From assembly GCF_964355755.1 (NCBI RefSeq), contig NC_092678.1, positions 4,108,422 through 4,172,421 on the forward strand: a stretch of DNA of 64,000 nucleotides, written 5' to 3'. The position numbers and the translations under genes were made by a program. This document shows, one piece after another, positions 33,147 through 45,786 of this stretch. Every line of letters begins with the position of its first letter. The first letter of the stretch is position 1. The DNA is from Antedon mediterranea. Taxonomy: Eukaryota; Animalia; Echinodermata. The notes beneath the pieces are model-generated. The model saw only the letters and a program-made list of their open reading frames with translations. It did no database searches and was not told the DNA's origin.

Positions 33147-36100
33147 TTACGCATTACTTGGTTGTGGAATCTTTGTTTCAATAGGTAACGACAGCGGTTG
33201 CGGCACATCACCTAGTGACTTTTCACAAGAAACATCGCTTGAAACTGGCATAGAACATGGTTGGCGGACATCACTTTCAGAAGAACCAATTGTGCAAGAT
33301 AAATGGGCCATTGATGCTGATTGCAAACTTTGCTGGTTATCAGATGTAGAGATTCCTGTAATATTGGCCGACTGCTCCGGAGCGGTATTCAACCTCTCTT
33401 TAGAAAGTGGTTGTTGAAGCTCAGAAGTGATGTCAGATTTCTCTGGTGCAGAATGAAACCTTTCATTTTCTTTCGGAACATTTTGTTCAGTTACTGCTGC
33501 TTTTTGATAAACTGACATCTCGCCATTCTTTAATTCCTGTGGCTGTTGAAAATTGTGACTCTGTGATGGTGGCACCATCATATGGTGTTGAAGGAACTGT
33601 GGGCCAGCAGGTGATTGCATACCAGGTGTAAGAGAAGGATCTGGAATGAAACTATCATCGGTATCTGTGTATTTAGGTACAAAAGGATTTATAGAGGGAA
33701 TGGATCCTGGAGTTTTGAGATCATTCTGCTGTTGGTTCAAATCAGAAGATGTATCGGATTGTGATTGATGTTGAGGAATATACTGTACTCTAACATTTTG
33801 CATGTCATATGCATTCGGAAACTGCGGATGTCCAAAATTATCCATTCCTGACTGCAGCATTCCTGGAGAGCCGTACGCAGGATACGAGATTCTTTGCGGA
33901 TATGCGAGAGAATAATTCTGATTGAAGCTGCTGCCAGTTGTCGGCATTGAGGAGTCATAGACGTGACTTGTTGGTACGGATGATGGTGTTTGGACAGAGG
34001 AACCAGGAGTTGCTTCTGTTGAATATCCACAAGAGTACAACCGTGATGATGAGAGGCTGTTGTCGCTTGATTGACAAGGTCCCTCTTTGTGCCATGAACT
34101 GATTTTCTCTGTGTTAACTCCATACCCAGAATTGGTAAGTGCTCCTGTATTACCGTTAGGCATCGCAATGTGAAGACCTTCTAGTTTGTGTTTTAACTTC
34201 TGTGTTTCGGACATGTTACCATTCATTTTTGTCTTCATCTCATCATCTGGATGTTCATATGTGTTGCTAGTGGCAATTTTCTTTTCGGTTCCAGCAGGTT
34301 TTATGGTAACACCACTATTCATTGGAGATTGCATCATAGGGTCACCAATTGACCCATAACCTCCTATGGTATAAGTAAAGACATAAAGACATTATACAAT
34401 CTGATTTGGATGTTTTTACATTAATATACATAGCCTGGCTTTATGAGACTGAAATAATGTATATACCTTCTCTCATAGATTTCATAGCCATTCGACTTCT
34501 GCATTTGTTGTTCAAGATGTTAAGTTTTTCTACCACCTACAGTAAGTGAAAAAAAGAGAACGACGCTTTTATATTATAAAGCCAAATTGTTAACACTAGA
34601 TCATGTTTCATATGCTGTAGTTTGTTGGCGCTTGTATAATATATGTGGACTAGTGGTAGCCCTGATTAAGGTAATATTAACTTTAATTTCTCAATTCTTA
34701 CGCTTTCCATTTCTGGGCGGTTCCTAAATTTGTGTTCTGTACATTCAGACGAGATATCAAGGAGCTCGCCAGCCAGATCCCATGGCCAAGAAGGACACTT
34801 TTCATCTTTCAGCATGTCTGTCGTTACTTGTTGTTGATCGTTGCTCTCCTTTATATGTGCAACAAGTTCATTCTGTATACAAAATAGATTTCTAATTGAA
34901 TTGTATTTTTAACTTTCAGCTACAGACAGGGGATTTCAAAGACTGTGGGATAAACAGATACAATAAGGTAAGAACAAAACCAGTTCATACAATTTAAAGA
35001 AATAAAGTCATACCAAATACTGGTGCTGTCGTGGTTCTCTTTTTTCATCAAATGCCCTCTGTCCTGTCAAAACTTCCATAAGAACCTATTAATTTAGAAA
35101 ATATATTTAATTAATTTAAAAATTGGGGTAGTTGTGGTAACTACCACAACACATATTAGTATGTGCACATGTCTGTTACAGCCTATTGAGTTAGACTTTG
35201 CAGTGCCAAAATATAAGTAAACCTTACCACGCCAAAACTGTACACATCCACTTTAGTTGATAATTTAAAGTTGCGTCGATATTCTTCGGGTAGATACGGT
35301 AAAGTACCATGAGCTTCTGTGGTCTTCATTATCGTGTAAAGTTTACCACCGGTTGGACCGTGTCGAGCAAGACCGAAGTCGCCAATCTTTGGTATGAAGT
35401 CTTTACCAAGTAAAATATTTGCACTAATGAAGAAATGCAAAATTGTTTAAGTTTCTCATTCTAGTTGTCCCATGACCTAGAGGATGCTAGTGGCATAGCA
35501 GATGAGATACAGTAGTTGTACTCATCATGTATGATACACAGGCATAAGCCATATCTCCCAGTGGTGCCTATCTCCTCTCCGGGCTGGCGAGGTTTTTTAT
35601 TTTCTGGATGGCCATCTTTGGTCTCCTGAACCGACGCCCTTTCAGTTTTTTTTATGTCTATGTTCATTTAACAAAGTTGATTTTTGTCATTCATTATAAT
35701 ATTTTTATGTCAAATACCTTTTGATGTCACCATGTATGAGTGGTTTATCAGGCTGTGCACGGTGGAGGAAGTTCAATCCTATAGCAGCACCAAGAACAAT
35801 CATATGCCTTGTTGGCCAATCAAGGGGTCTGCGTCTGTCCTTTAAAGACAAATTTGTTTATATGTTGTTATTGAAGGAAGACTGGAACAAACATCACCGT
35901 CTTTAAGACGTTAAGATGACAGTTATGGATTATTCCAATATTATTAGATGACTTACTCGACATAAAAGGTTGTCCTCCAGGGACCCGTTTTCGCAGTACT
36001 CGTAGAGAAGACATGGTAATGGTCCATCGTAGGAGTAGCCAAGTAAAGTTACAATATTTTGGTGTCGGTATCTATGAGAGAAGGTGAGAAGCAGTATACA

Positions 36101-38964
36101 AAATAAATTTACATAATAGACAATTTTGACACACACATACATAGATATTTAAAAGGTTTATAGAAATAAATAAAAATTGGCTAGAAAGTTGATTACAAAC
36201 AAAACAAATGTGATAAGCCAACCTGACCAGTGCTGGAATTTCTTTCATGTAATCTGAACATGCAAATTTCTCGGTATCATGTCCCATTTCAGATTTCTAA
36301 AAGCAAACAATTCAGAGAACAAAATGTATTCACGTTATTGAGTATTGACTTCAATTCTTCACATGGAAACATGAGATATTTATCATATCTATAATTTAAT
36401 AATAATATTTACTTTATCAAAATGTAAGGAAAGAACAAAAGGTCTCGACGTACCTGCTTCAGCCGCTTAACAGCAAAAGACGAGAAATCAATTTTAGCAA
36501 AATACACCGTACCGAAAGCGCCCTCACCACGTTTATACTCATCACTGAAGTTATTAGTTGCGCTGACAATTTTTTCGTGTGGGTAACTATTTAGAAAGTT
36601 GAACGCACTCAATGCTGTAAAGAAATTTTTTGTGAAAGTCATTTGTATTTAAGATTATAATAACTTTACCATTACATATTTAAGTTTGTTATTTGCATAT
36701 TTAATTTTGCTATTTGTATATTTAAGTTTGTTTTTTGCATATTTAAGTTTGTTTTTTGCATATTTAAGTTTGTTTTTTGCATATTTAAGTTTGTTCACGC
36801 ATAATTTAAGTTTGTTCACGCATAATTTAAGTTTGTTCATGCATAATTTAAGTTTGTTCATGCATAATTTAAGTTTGTTCATGCATAATTTAAGTTTGTT
36901 TACATTGACTGCTTCAACTTACTCATTGTCTTCATTGTTGAAGACTTCGTGCTTTGATTGTCTGATGTTGTCATATGACGATAACGATGGTCTATATCCG
37001 GTGACATCAACTGTTTGTTGCAATGCGTGTCCATGTTCGGATTCAAAAAAGGGGCATCAGCCGGCTTCATGTAATACTGACCATTTGGAGCGGCACTCGC
37101 TCCAGTTTGCGCGTACTGACCATTCTGCCATATGTTCTCTACTGGTGCTCGGTCAATTGGTCTATGGGGGTTGGTGTAATAGTAATTTGGCTGTTCATGA
37201 TGATACATTTTTTCGGAGCTCATATGATGGGGTAACGGAGGACCCGGAAGATGTGACGGGTGCATATCTGAAAGAATTCAAGTATAACATTTATTTTGGG
37301 TCCAATACTGATGTTGTTGAGTTTTGTATAATCAAACAACTGTATTGTTAGGCTGTGGTTATAAGTACACATAAAAAGGGCTTGAGAACACAACATTTAC
37401 TGTAAATAACTGTACCTGGAAATTGTCTGTTTTGTCTTGGTGGTGGTGGTTGACCAGTTTCTGCTATTTTTCCACTACACATGTCTATTTTATAGTGCTC
37501 ACTTTCATCAACTATAGTAAAAATAAAATATATGTAACCAGATTAAGGTGATTCAGATTTGGTATATGGATAGGCATAGGGAGGGTGATATTCCTGACTT
37601 AAGTCCAAACTTGTGATGATTGGGGCAAACTCAAAAGCATCTCAAAAGAGTGGCCAAGCGGTTAAGACAAAGAAACCTTAATATACGTAGCCATAACATC
37701 GGCAAGGGTTCGAGACTCACTTATTTCATGGTTCCAGTGGTAGTACATACACAACCACTTTCACTAACTGGGAGACCAGTATAAATGAATAATAAATAAA
37801 AAGGAAAAAAAAACACATTCGCAAAAACAATCAAAAGGGTGAATAAAATCAAACTTTATACCAAAATCTTTTATAATGTCCATTGCTCGTCCATTTTTCA
37901 TGTTGTAAAGTGCATTGTAAAGTTCAAGAACACTGTGATTCATATAGTCCCACGTACGTAGCATCTTTCCAGTAGGACTTGCTCCTGGCCGGAACATCTC
38001 CAGTGCCAACATCTCAATTTCATCATTGTGAAAACCAAGATCAGCAGCTGTAAGAAAAATATTAAATGTAAATATAAATGCAGCCAGGCCGCCTCTAGCT
38101 AGATGGAAAGACCAAATCCCAAAGGATGGCAGATTATCTCCAGTGAGCGGACAAAGGGACAACCAGTTCCAATCCGACCTGCCCGGCCTCCAGCTAGATG
38201 GAAAGACCAAATCCCATAGGATTCAAGGTTGGACATCCGGCAAGCAGGAACTGTGCCATAGGAAGAACAGAATGGCAGATTATCTCCAGTGAGCGGCCAA
38301 GGGGACAACCAGTCCCAACCTGCCCGGCCTCCAGCTAGATGGGAAGACAAAATCCCAATTTAAGGATACAAGAAGCTTGGACATCCGGCAAGCAGAAGAC
38401 TATGTCATGGGAAGAAGTGAATGACGGATAATCTCCAGTGAGCGGCCAAGTGGACAACCAGTCCCGAGAATTTAATGATGATGATGAATGTCCTCCATCA
38501 GCCTCCTTGTCCTTCTTTCCTTAAACTCACTTTTGTTTTGTTTCAATAAAAGTTAATTAACACTAAACATAAAAACAAAATCACATTGTAATCTATAAAT
38601 AATAATAAATTATTATTAATGTAGGCCAATATTAATGTTATTCTTCGTATTAATCTTGACCGGATAGTAAATTGTGACGATTTTAGTATGGGGATTTCCC
38701 TTTCAAATGTAGATCAAAATTATTATGATTGACTCAACGGTACCATAATCGTGTTTTTAGAAACTGAAGAGATTAGCCTAAACCTTTTCAGAAGATCCTC
38801 AAACAAGTGCCTTGCTTACCAAGTCTTCTCCAATTCATTTCAGTCGACTCCGCCACATCCAGAAGCCTACATAACCTTTGAAATGCCGAGGCTGGGATGT
38901 CACGGACATATCGTATCTTCGCACGTTGTGCTGGAAAACAATGGATATTTCCTAATGCAGCCAT
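33147..38964 (-). CDS. IRAK1: IRAK1/Pelle-type kinase: death domain, non-RD kinase domain and long S/P/Q-rich tail; 13 coding exons
   Basis: Exons 38964-38820, 38047-37862, 37511-37416, 37267-36923, 36614-36454, 36296-36223, 36071-35957, 35839-35718, 35423-35228, 35085-35014, 34872-34702, 34536-34467, 34363-33147, all phase-compatible. Death domain LCRLLD..NWRRLAADLGF..SPT..MLRTW; [20 protein letters not shown], Tyr gatekeeper [36 protein letters not shown]. Confidence 0.9.
36670..36902. repeat. 21-bp minisatellite in IRAK intron
   Basis: gcataatttaagtttgttcat and gcatatttaagtttgtttttt units. Confidence 0.9.
37645..37750 (+). mobile_element. tRNA-derived SINE head; related degenerate copy at ~44449..44660
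   Basis: A-box TGGCCAAGCGG followed by TTAAGAC; B-box GGTTCGAGAC; no complete cloverleaf. Confidence 0.5.
38085..38488 (+). mobile_element. RTE-clade LINE 3' fragment, tandemly triplicated
   Basis: Three degenerate units encode [10 protein letters not shown]...LGHPA...RSEWRII, matching the RTE C-terminal RPxxRWxD..WR signature; ends in a (GAT)n tail. Confidence 0.6.
38690..38700. promoter_or_regulatory. NF-kB (kB) site in the first coding intron of IRAK
   Basis: GGGGATTTCCC, matches GGGRNWYYCC. Confidence 0.55.
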
Positions 38965-39100
38965 GATTATGTGCCTTTAGTTTGATGTCGAACTACCTGA
39001 AAACCGACAGCGAAATCATAGATCATATAATATAATATGCATTACAACAACAAACAATCAATCTATCTCATCATCGCGATCGAAATGGCAAACGCAAACA

Positions 39101-39150
39101 AGGAAGTAACATCGGTTGTGACGTCATAGAAAAGAACAAGGGGATTTCCC
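39101..39150. promoter_or_regulatory. IRAK promoter cluster: ETS core, CRE and kB site
   Basis: AGGAAGT 39101-39107, TGACGTCA 39119-39126 and GGGGATTTCCC 39140-39150, about 140-190 bp upstream of the ATG. Confidence 0.55.
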
Positions 39151-39608
39151 TATTTTGTCCCTCTCTATGAACTGAGAAATAAAATACTGTACTTGATTGA
39201 ATGTGTATCACAATTAAAAACGAATTATTTGATTATATTATAGTTGCGTTCTTTCCATTTCTATCGTTTTTTAATTGTCAAAATGTATGAAATAACACAA
39301 TTAATGTATGATGATGTCATGATCAATAGATGTCACGACAAATCGTGAATTCTTTTAAAAACAAAAATAGAACAGTATTTATTATATGACGTATTTAATA
39401 AGTCATCAATGCGTAATTGTATGCGGATGTGGAGAAAAAGATAGCGAGTTGCAGGGGTGGCATAATGTTGGATTATTAATAGGCCCATGGAAGTCTAGCT
39501 TGTAAACGTTAAATGTGTCTCTTTTTTTAAAGACCCAAAACAATGAGTACAAAATTGATTTATAGCTTTAGGGATTTTGATATAAACAAGTATAGCCTAG
39601 TTTCCGTA

Positions 39609-40190
39609 GATTCAAGATTCAAGATTCAAGAAATTTTATTTGTCCATAAAAATGGAAATTCACTTTGCTTGGTAGATTAAAACAACAATATTGCAACAAT
39701 TTAAAAACGTGCAGTATTATAACAGATTAAAAATACAAGATAAAAAGTTAAAAATACTGTTAAAAATGTAAAACTATTAAAAATTGCATTAACGTCTTAC
39801 ATTAGAATTAAAAATATGAATGCTATTTACAACGAAGGATTTTCTAGTTCTACAAAGATTTGCTCTTGGAGGTCGTAGCCTAATGCCTGATCTATTTAAG
39901 TTATAACAGTAATGTAACGGATGAGTGGGGTCTTTCATAATATTGTTTACTTTTTTTAGAATACTCTTTTCATAGATAAATGAACAAGGCGTAAGATCAG
40001 CTTTAATAATACGTTGTGCAATTTTACGTGGTCTCTCAATATTTTTCTTATCATTTTCAGTAAAGTTACCATAAAAACATCCAATGCTAAAAGATAAAAT
40101 ACTTTGAATAATACTTTGATAAAATAGAATTAAAATAGTGTTATCAACTCTAATTTGCTTGAGTTTTCTGAGAAAGTAGAGCCTTTGTAG
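39609..40190 (-). mobile_element. 5'-truncated Rex1/Babar-type LINE 3' end
   Basis: ORF 39789..40196 reads QRLYFLRKL..FYQSIIQSILSF..CFYGN..HPLH..SGIRLR (DUF1891-like region); AATAAA plus a (TTGAATC)n tail on the minus strand. Confidence 0.8.
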
Positions 40191-40706
40191 TATCACATAA
40201 GTGATATAATTATAGTAGTATCAAATGATATTTCCTCCAACTCGGTAAATTGGATATGCATTTAATTATTATACTCAAATACCCCTCTCTATCCAATGGT
40301 TGAGTCAGGCACAGCAAAACGATGCAGATTTAGTTTTAAATTTTCTCGAAGAAAACGTAGGTTTTATTTGCGTATAATCCTAGAGCATGCATTCAATTAT
40401 ACATTTTAAATAGATAATGATATTTATTGCAATGTTATGATTCTAGTTTACGTTAAATGTGTAGTTTAGGTTTAATCACATACATTTATATAAGTAGGCC
40501 GACGGTCAACAGAACAGACGGAACCAGAGCCGTTGGAAGTGCAGTGGGTTGGTTGTATAGAGATTAAAGCTACCCGAACTCACGTCACGTGTCTGAGGCC
40601 TAGAATTTAGACGATTCCACTTACAAATAGGGGTGTAAATGTTAAATTTTCAAAAAAACTGAAAAAGAATGTCTCTATTGTTTTGTTTCAAGTGAATCGA
40701 TTAAAA

Positions 40707-42395
40707 ATGTCAGAAAAAATTAATTTGATACTTGATTGTGATGTTGGAGTTGACGATGCTCTGGCTGTCATGTTGGCCCTAGCAACGCCCAATAATATTA
40801 ATTTAATGGCCATCACTTGCGTTGCCGGAAATGCTACTGTCGATAAAGTATGCATCAACACACTCAAAGTGCTTAAAGTTTGTGACAGACTTGATGTGAG
40901 TATAAATAGTACTTTTTTAAAAATAATTTTTTAAAAAATATGCTTTAATAATTACAGTACAATTTTATTATCATTATGGCCAGTTTGATTATGGGATCGG
41001 TGCATTATTTGTTTCAGGTTGCAGTGTATCGTGGAGCATGTTCTGGTATTATTGGTGGTACCTTCAGAGGTACACCATACCACGGTGTGGATGGCATGGG
41101 AGATGTACAAAATATTCCTCAACCTGACATCAAGTTGATAAAGGAAGAAGTGGCAGCCATTGCTCTAGTAAGAATGGTAAACGAGAGACCTGGAGAGATC
41201 AGCATAGCTGCTATTGGTCCGTTGACGAACATCGCAATCGCCATGAAGCTAGATCCACATTTCACAGAGAAAGTGAAGGAGATTGTAATAATGGGTGGAG
41301 AATTAGAAGGTAATTGTAATCGTTGTATCTACTACTGTTGCAGTACATCAGCGCATGGAAGAATTATTTAGTTCCTCCACGAGTTATCTGGAGATATTGG
41401 TGTTGTGCTCAGATATTGTATATTGAATTGTTTTAATGCGGCTTGAGCACTCTTCTTGAGTGATCTGTGCGCTATAGAATTCATATTATTATTATTATAC
41501 ACCCACCAATATTTTGAATATAATTTAATATAATATCTTTTTCAGGCAGAGCTGCAGCATTTCTGACATCTGAATTCAACTTCACCTCTGACCCAGAAGC
41601 TGTTCATGTTGTACTTAATGAGAGCAAATGCCCTATTGTAATTATACCGTATGAAATCTGTCAAAATAATGGCTTTGACTTTGTAAGTAGAGTAACCATT
41701 CTTGTAAAGCTTAATCTCTGTCTACACTATCAAACTAGTTAGACAAAAAACTGTGATGTGCTTAAATATGATAAAGATGTGCCCAAATATGGTAGTGATA
41801 TTACATCATCATGTCCATATATGAGAATATTTCTGTCATATAAAGTTTGATAGTGTAGACAGAGCTTCACTCCACTCTTCGGTGGGTTCCAATTTGCTTA
41901 ATGAATTTCTTTTTTTGCTTTTATTTTTCCTGGCTCTGTATTATGTGTTAGTTTCTTTTTCAATAAATGAAATAGTACATATGCCTACTTCATATTTTTC
42001 TCGAAAAATAATATTCCGTTTTTAATAATCCAGCTGCAAGAATTTCCAATTTTCTTTTTTTTCAGGATTACTATATAAGCACGATATCACAGAATAATAA
42101 AAAGGCAAATTTTATCAAGGCCATTACATCAAACAGTTTGAAACGGGAACAAAGTAGAGCACATATATATACACCGTGGGATTTTTACGCACTCGCTTAT
42201 CTCGTAGATAGATCTGTCGTGACTAACATGGCAAATGTTCTTGTACAAGTAGAACTACATGGAAGTTTGACGCGAGGCAAAATGGTGCCAGACTGGAATC
42301 GTAAAGTACAGAAAGATCATAATACTAATATTATTATGGAACTAGATATTGATAAAATCAAAATATTGTTTTTAAAGATGTGTTCAAATGCTTGA
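40707..42395 (+). CDS. Nucleoside hydrolase (IU-NH family) paralog A; 4 coding exons
   Basis: Exons 40707-40895, 41018-41309, 41546-41682, 42066-42395. Motifs: DCDVGVDD Ca-binding, CVAGN, YHGVDG, GPLTN, MGG, EFNFTSDPEA, TPWD, VELHGSLTRG. Confidence 0.92.
41716..41866. mobile_element. MITE (PIF/Harbinger-like)
   Basis: TIR ctctgtctacactatcaaact / agtttgatagtgtagacagag. Confidence 0.75.
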
Positions 42396-42710
42396 CACAA
42401 AGATGTGTTCAAGTACTTGTCACAAAGTTGTGTTCAAATACACAATTCGTGTTCAAATGCTTGACACAAAGTTGTGTTCAAATTTTTGACACAAAGTTGG
42501 GTTCAAATGCTTGACACAAAAATTTCAAATGTTTGACACAAAGTTGTGTTCAAATGCTTGACACAAAGATTTGTTCAAATGCCTGACACAAAGATTTGTT
42601 CAAATGCCTGACACAAAAATTTGTTCAAATGTCTGACACATAGATGTGTTCAAATGCTTGGCACAAAGATGTGTTCAAATGCCTGACACAAAGTTGTGTT
42701 CAAATGCTTA
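42374..42710. repeat. 25-bp minisatellite starting in the last codons of hydrolase A, ~13 copies
   Basis: caaatgcttgacacaaagatgtgtt; the first unit includes ATG TGT TCA AAT GCT TGA. Confidence 0.85.
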
Positions 42711-43319
42711 GATCATGAATAACACATGGTGTTCATACAGGCAAAGATAATAAGATATAATTTTGTTTTTCATTGTTTTGTGATTTACTTGTCACTTCAT
42801 TTCACTCAATTTAGTAAAATAGGGCAGCAAATCTGTTGTTGTGACCATTCTTGTTAAAAATGCTGGTTGAATCAAATAATAATAAATACATTTTCAGTAC
42901 TAATAACCATTTTCAAATGTCTAGACTGTTTGTGACTGCTAGTAAAACCAGAGTTGATAAACTAAACCAACCTGATTTAAGCATTGTTTATTAAACGCTT
43001 CCCCTCTTCCGCTCCTTTTTCCACTTTTTAATAAACAGTATAGTTTTTGAGATTGTAGATACCTAGGTTAGCCTGTCCTTCATTTTTATGTAATTTCCTA
43101 TAATAAGAAAGCAACAGGATATTGTAATTACTTTGACCTTAGAAGCTAAAGGAAACTACATGATTTGGTTTATATACCTACTATTATTTAATAATAGCAG
43201 GTTCTTTGGGTTAAAAGAAGTAGGTAAGTTCACAATTGAAATTTCAGTATTTGTTCTTTTAAAATTCAAAAATCAATAAAAGTATAAAACTAAGCTTGTA
43301 CATTTTATCTACTAGAACA

Positions 43320-45786
43320 ATGGAAGGAAAACTTAAATTAATCATTGATTGTGACGTTGGAGTTGACGATGCCCTTGCCATAATGTTAGCCCTAGCAACG
43401 CCTCATGTCGAGTTACAAGCCGTCTCTTGTGTTGCAGGAAACGTAGATGTTAACAAAGTCTGCATAAATGCCCTGAAAGTGCTTGATGTTTGTAACCAGC
43501 TACAGGTAAGTTGGCTATGAATAAAAATACAGTAAATGGGACCTTGGTATAATGGGATGACCTGCTATCTATTAAAAATCCATGTTTGCTAGAATCTTGG
43601 TTTGAAAATAAATACAATAAATGAAAACAATTCCTATCTACCTGTATTTGTATCAAACTTAATTCAACCCAAATGTAGTCAATACACAAGTATGTCTATT
43701 GTGGTACTAGATACTGTAACCTGTTTTTTTCTCTCTGGCCATGGCCTTTTAAGGATTGCCATTTTTATTTTTATACAGTCATTTTATTGTAAACTTTATT
43801 ATTTTCTTGTAAAATATTTCTTTTAAAAAATAAATGCATACATTGAATTAATGTTTTGCAAGGTTCCCGTATATAAAGGGTGTACAACTGGTCTTCTTGG
43901 TGAACGATTACGAGCCACCTTCTATCACGGCATTGATGGCCTAGGAGATGCCAAGAACATTGACCAACCTGACATCAATTTGATAAAGAAAGAAGTGGCA
44001 GCCATTGCTCTGGTGAGAATGGTAAACGAGAGACCTGGAGAGATCAGCATAGCTGCTATTGGTCCGTTGACGAACATCGCAATCGCTATGAAACTAGATC
44101 CACATTTCACAGAGAAAGTGAAGGAAATTGTAATAATGGGTGGAGAATTAGAAGGTAAAGAACTATTATCGTATAGATAATCTATTAATTGTTGCTACTG
44201 TAAGGTTGGGAAACTGGGTCCTTGATTTACAAAGAAAGTAAAATAGATTTTACTAATATATTTAGAAGGTCCATTCAATATATCTCTTAATTCCCAAATT
44301 TCTCAATTCATTTTCCAAAAATAACTCTTGCTAGAGAAATCTTTTCTATTACAAAAAAAGCCATTGCTTACTGTTATATGCCAGAATGGTGTCAGATCAA
44401 CTTAGATGGTGTTTTGAAACAGAATTGCATTGTCATGAAATCAGTAATCGAGTGGCTGAGCGATTAAGACAGTGTGGAACTGGTGGTAGAACAAGGCTTC
44501 TCAGATATTAAAGGCTGTGTCTCATCTGACTCATGTGTGCACTTAAAATAACCCATTGATTGGTGTTCTGGTTAGGCTAACAACCCTACCAGTTGAATAA
44601 CTTCTTATGGCGATCATAAGGGGGCCTTGTACCAATGGGAAGGAACAGACCTAACAGAGAAAGCAGTAATTCATTTAAAATGCTTAGATAGTATTCTAAA
44701 TTTGTGTGTTCTTTACTTCTAGGTAGAGCATCAAATCTGACAACTGAATTTAATTTTACTTGTGACCCAGAAGCAGTGCATATTGTACTCGGTGAGAGCC
44801 AGTGTCCCGTTACTATTGTGCCATTTGAGGTTACCCGTCGTCATGCTTTCACAGATGTACGTTTAATGTTAATTAATTAATATGTAAAGTTTACTACTGT
44901 AGTTTATTTTTGTATTCATCAAACTTTTGTTTGCAAACTCCAATTTTGCCAATGTTTGGAGAAGTTTTGTGTTGCCTGTCTACTAATTAGGGCCTACTAC
45001 TGGAGGAGTCCACAAACCTCAAGAACTTCGGCACAGCCTATACCAACTTCTAAAAACTAGTTTTTTGCAGTTTGTCAACTAGTCCACACTAGTAAATCTT
45101 TTAGTTTGCAAACTAAAGTTTGGTAGTGTAGACTAGGCTTTACTAACCTAGGAGTAATGTTTCAACCAAAATTTAAAAGATTCAAACTTTTATTTATCCT
45201 ACAACAAGAGGAAATTACATTGCTTGTTGCACAAAATACAAATCTGATTAAATCATGTTGAATTGTCAAAAAAAAAGATAATACTTAATTTAGTTAACTT
45301 ATTCCCTGGGGTAGGCAGGAGAAAAGATGTCGGTTTGTGTGAAGAACTAGTGCTCTCAACTGGATGCACCTCTATTCAATTCCATACTACTGTTTTAAAT
45401 TACATTTTTACTACATTCAACCCTAATACTATTAGAATTTTGTTGATGGTTTTCTTCTCTTTCAGGAATTCCTTGAAGATTTGTTATCAAGAGAAACGAG
45501 AAAAGCAATGTTTGTGAAATCAATCACGGCTAACAGCATTGAGGTAGACAGACGCAAAAACCATCTGTACACACCATGTGACTTGTATGCTGTGGCTTAT
45601 CTTGTTGACCAGTCATGCGTAACCAAAATGGAACGCGTGCATGTGCAGGTTGAACTGCACGGTAGTTTAACACGCGGCAAAATGATACCAGACTGGAATG
45701 GAAAAATATTAAAGAAACATGACATTAGTATTATAATGAGTATGGATATGGAAAAGCTTAGGAAATTATTCTCAGCAGTAATGTAA
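43320..45786 (+). CDS. Nucleoside hydrolase paralog B; 4 coding exons
   Basis: Exons 43320-43505, 43863-44154, 44723-44856, 45466-45786. Motifs: DCDVGVDD, YHGIDG, GPLTN, EFNFTCDPEA, TPCD. Confidence 0.92.

Noticed and set aside
35456-35667. GC-richer intronic island, possible snoRNA or alternative IRAK exon
   Set aside because: A C-box-like ATGATGA has no matching D box or terminal stem, and the flanking exons already join perfectly (HGDIK-S-AN); probably a repeat remnant.
36686-37351. 221-aa plus-strand ORF
   Set aside because: It is antisense to IRAK exon 4 plus a minisatellite and shows no protein features.
37645-37750. tRNA gene
   Set aside because: A and B boxes are present but no acceptor or anticodon stems; better explained as a SINE head.
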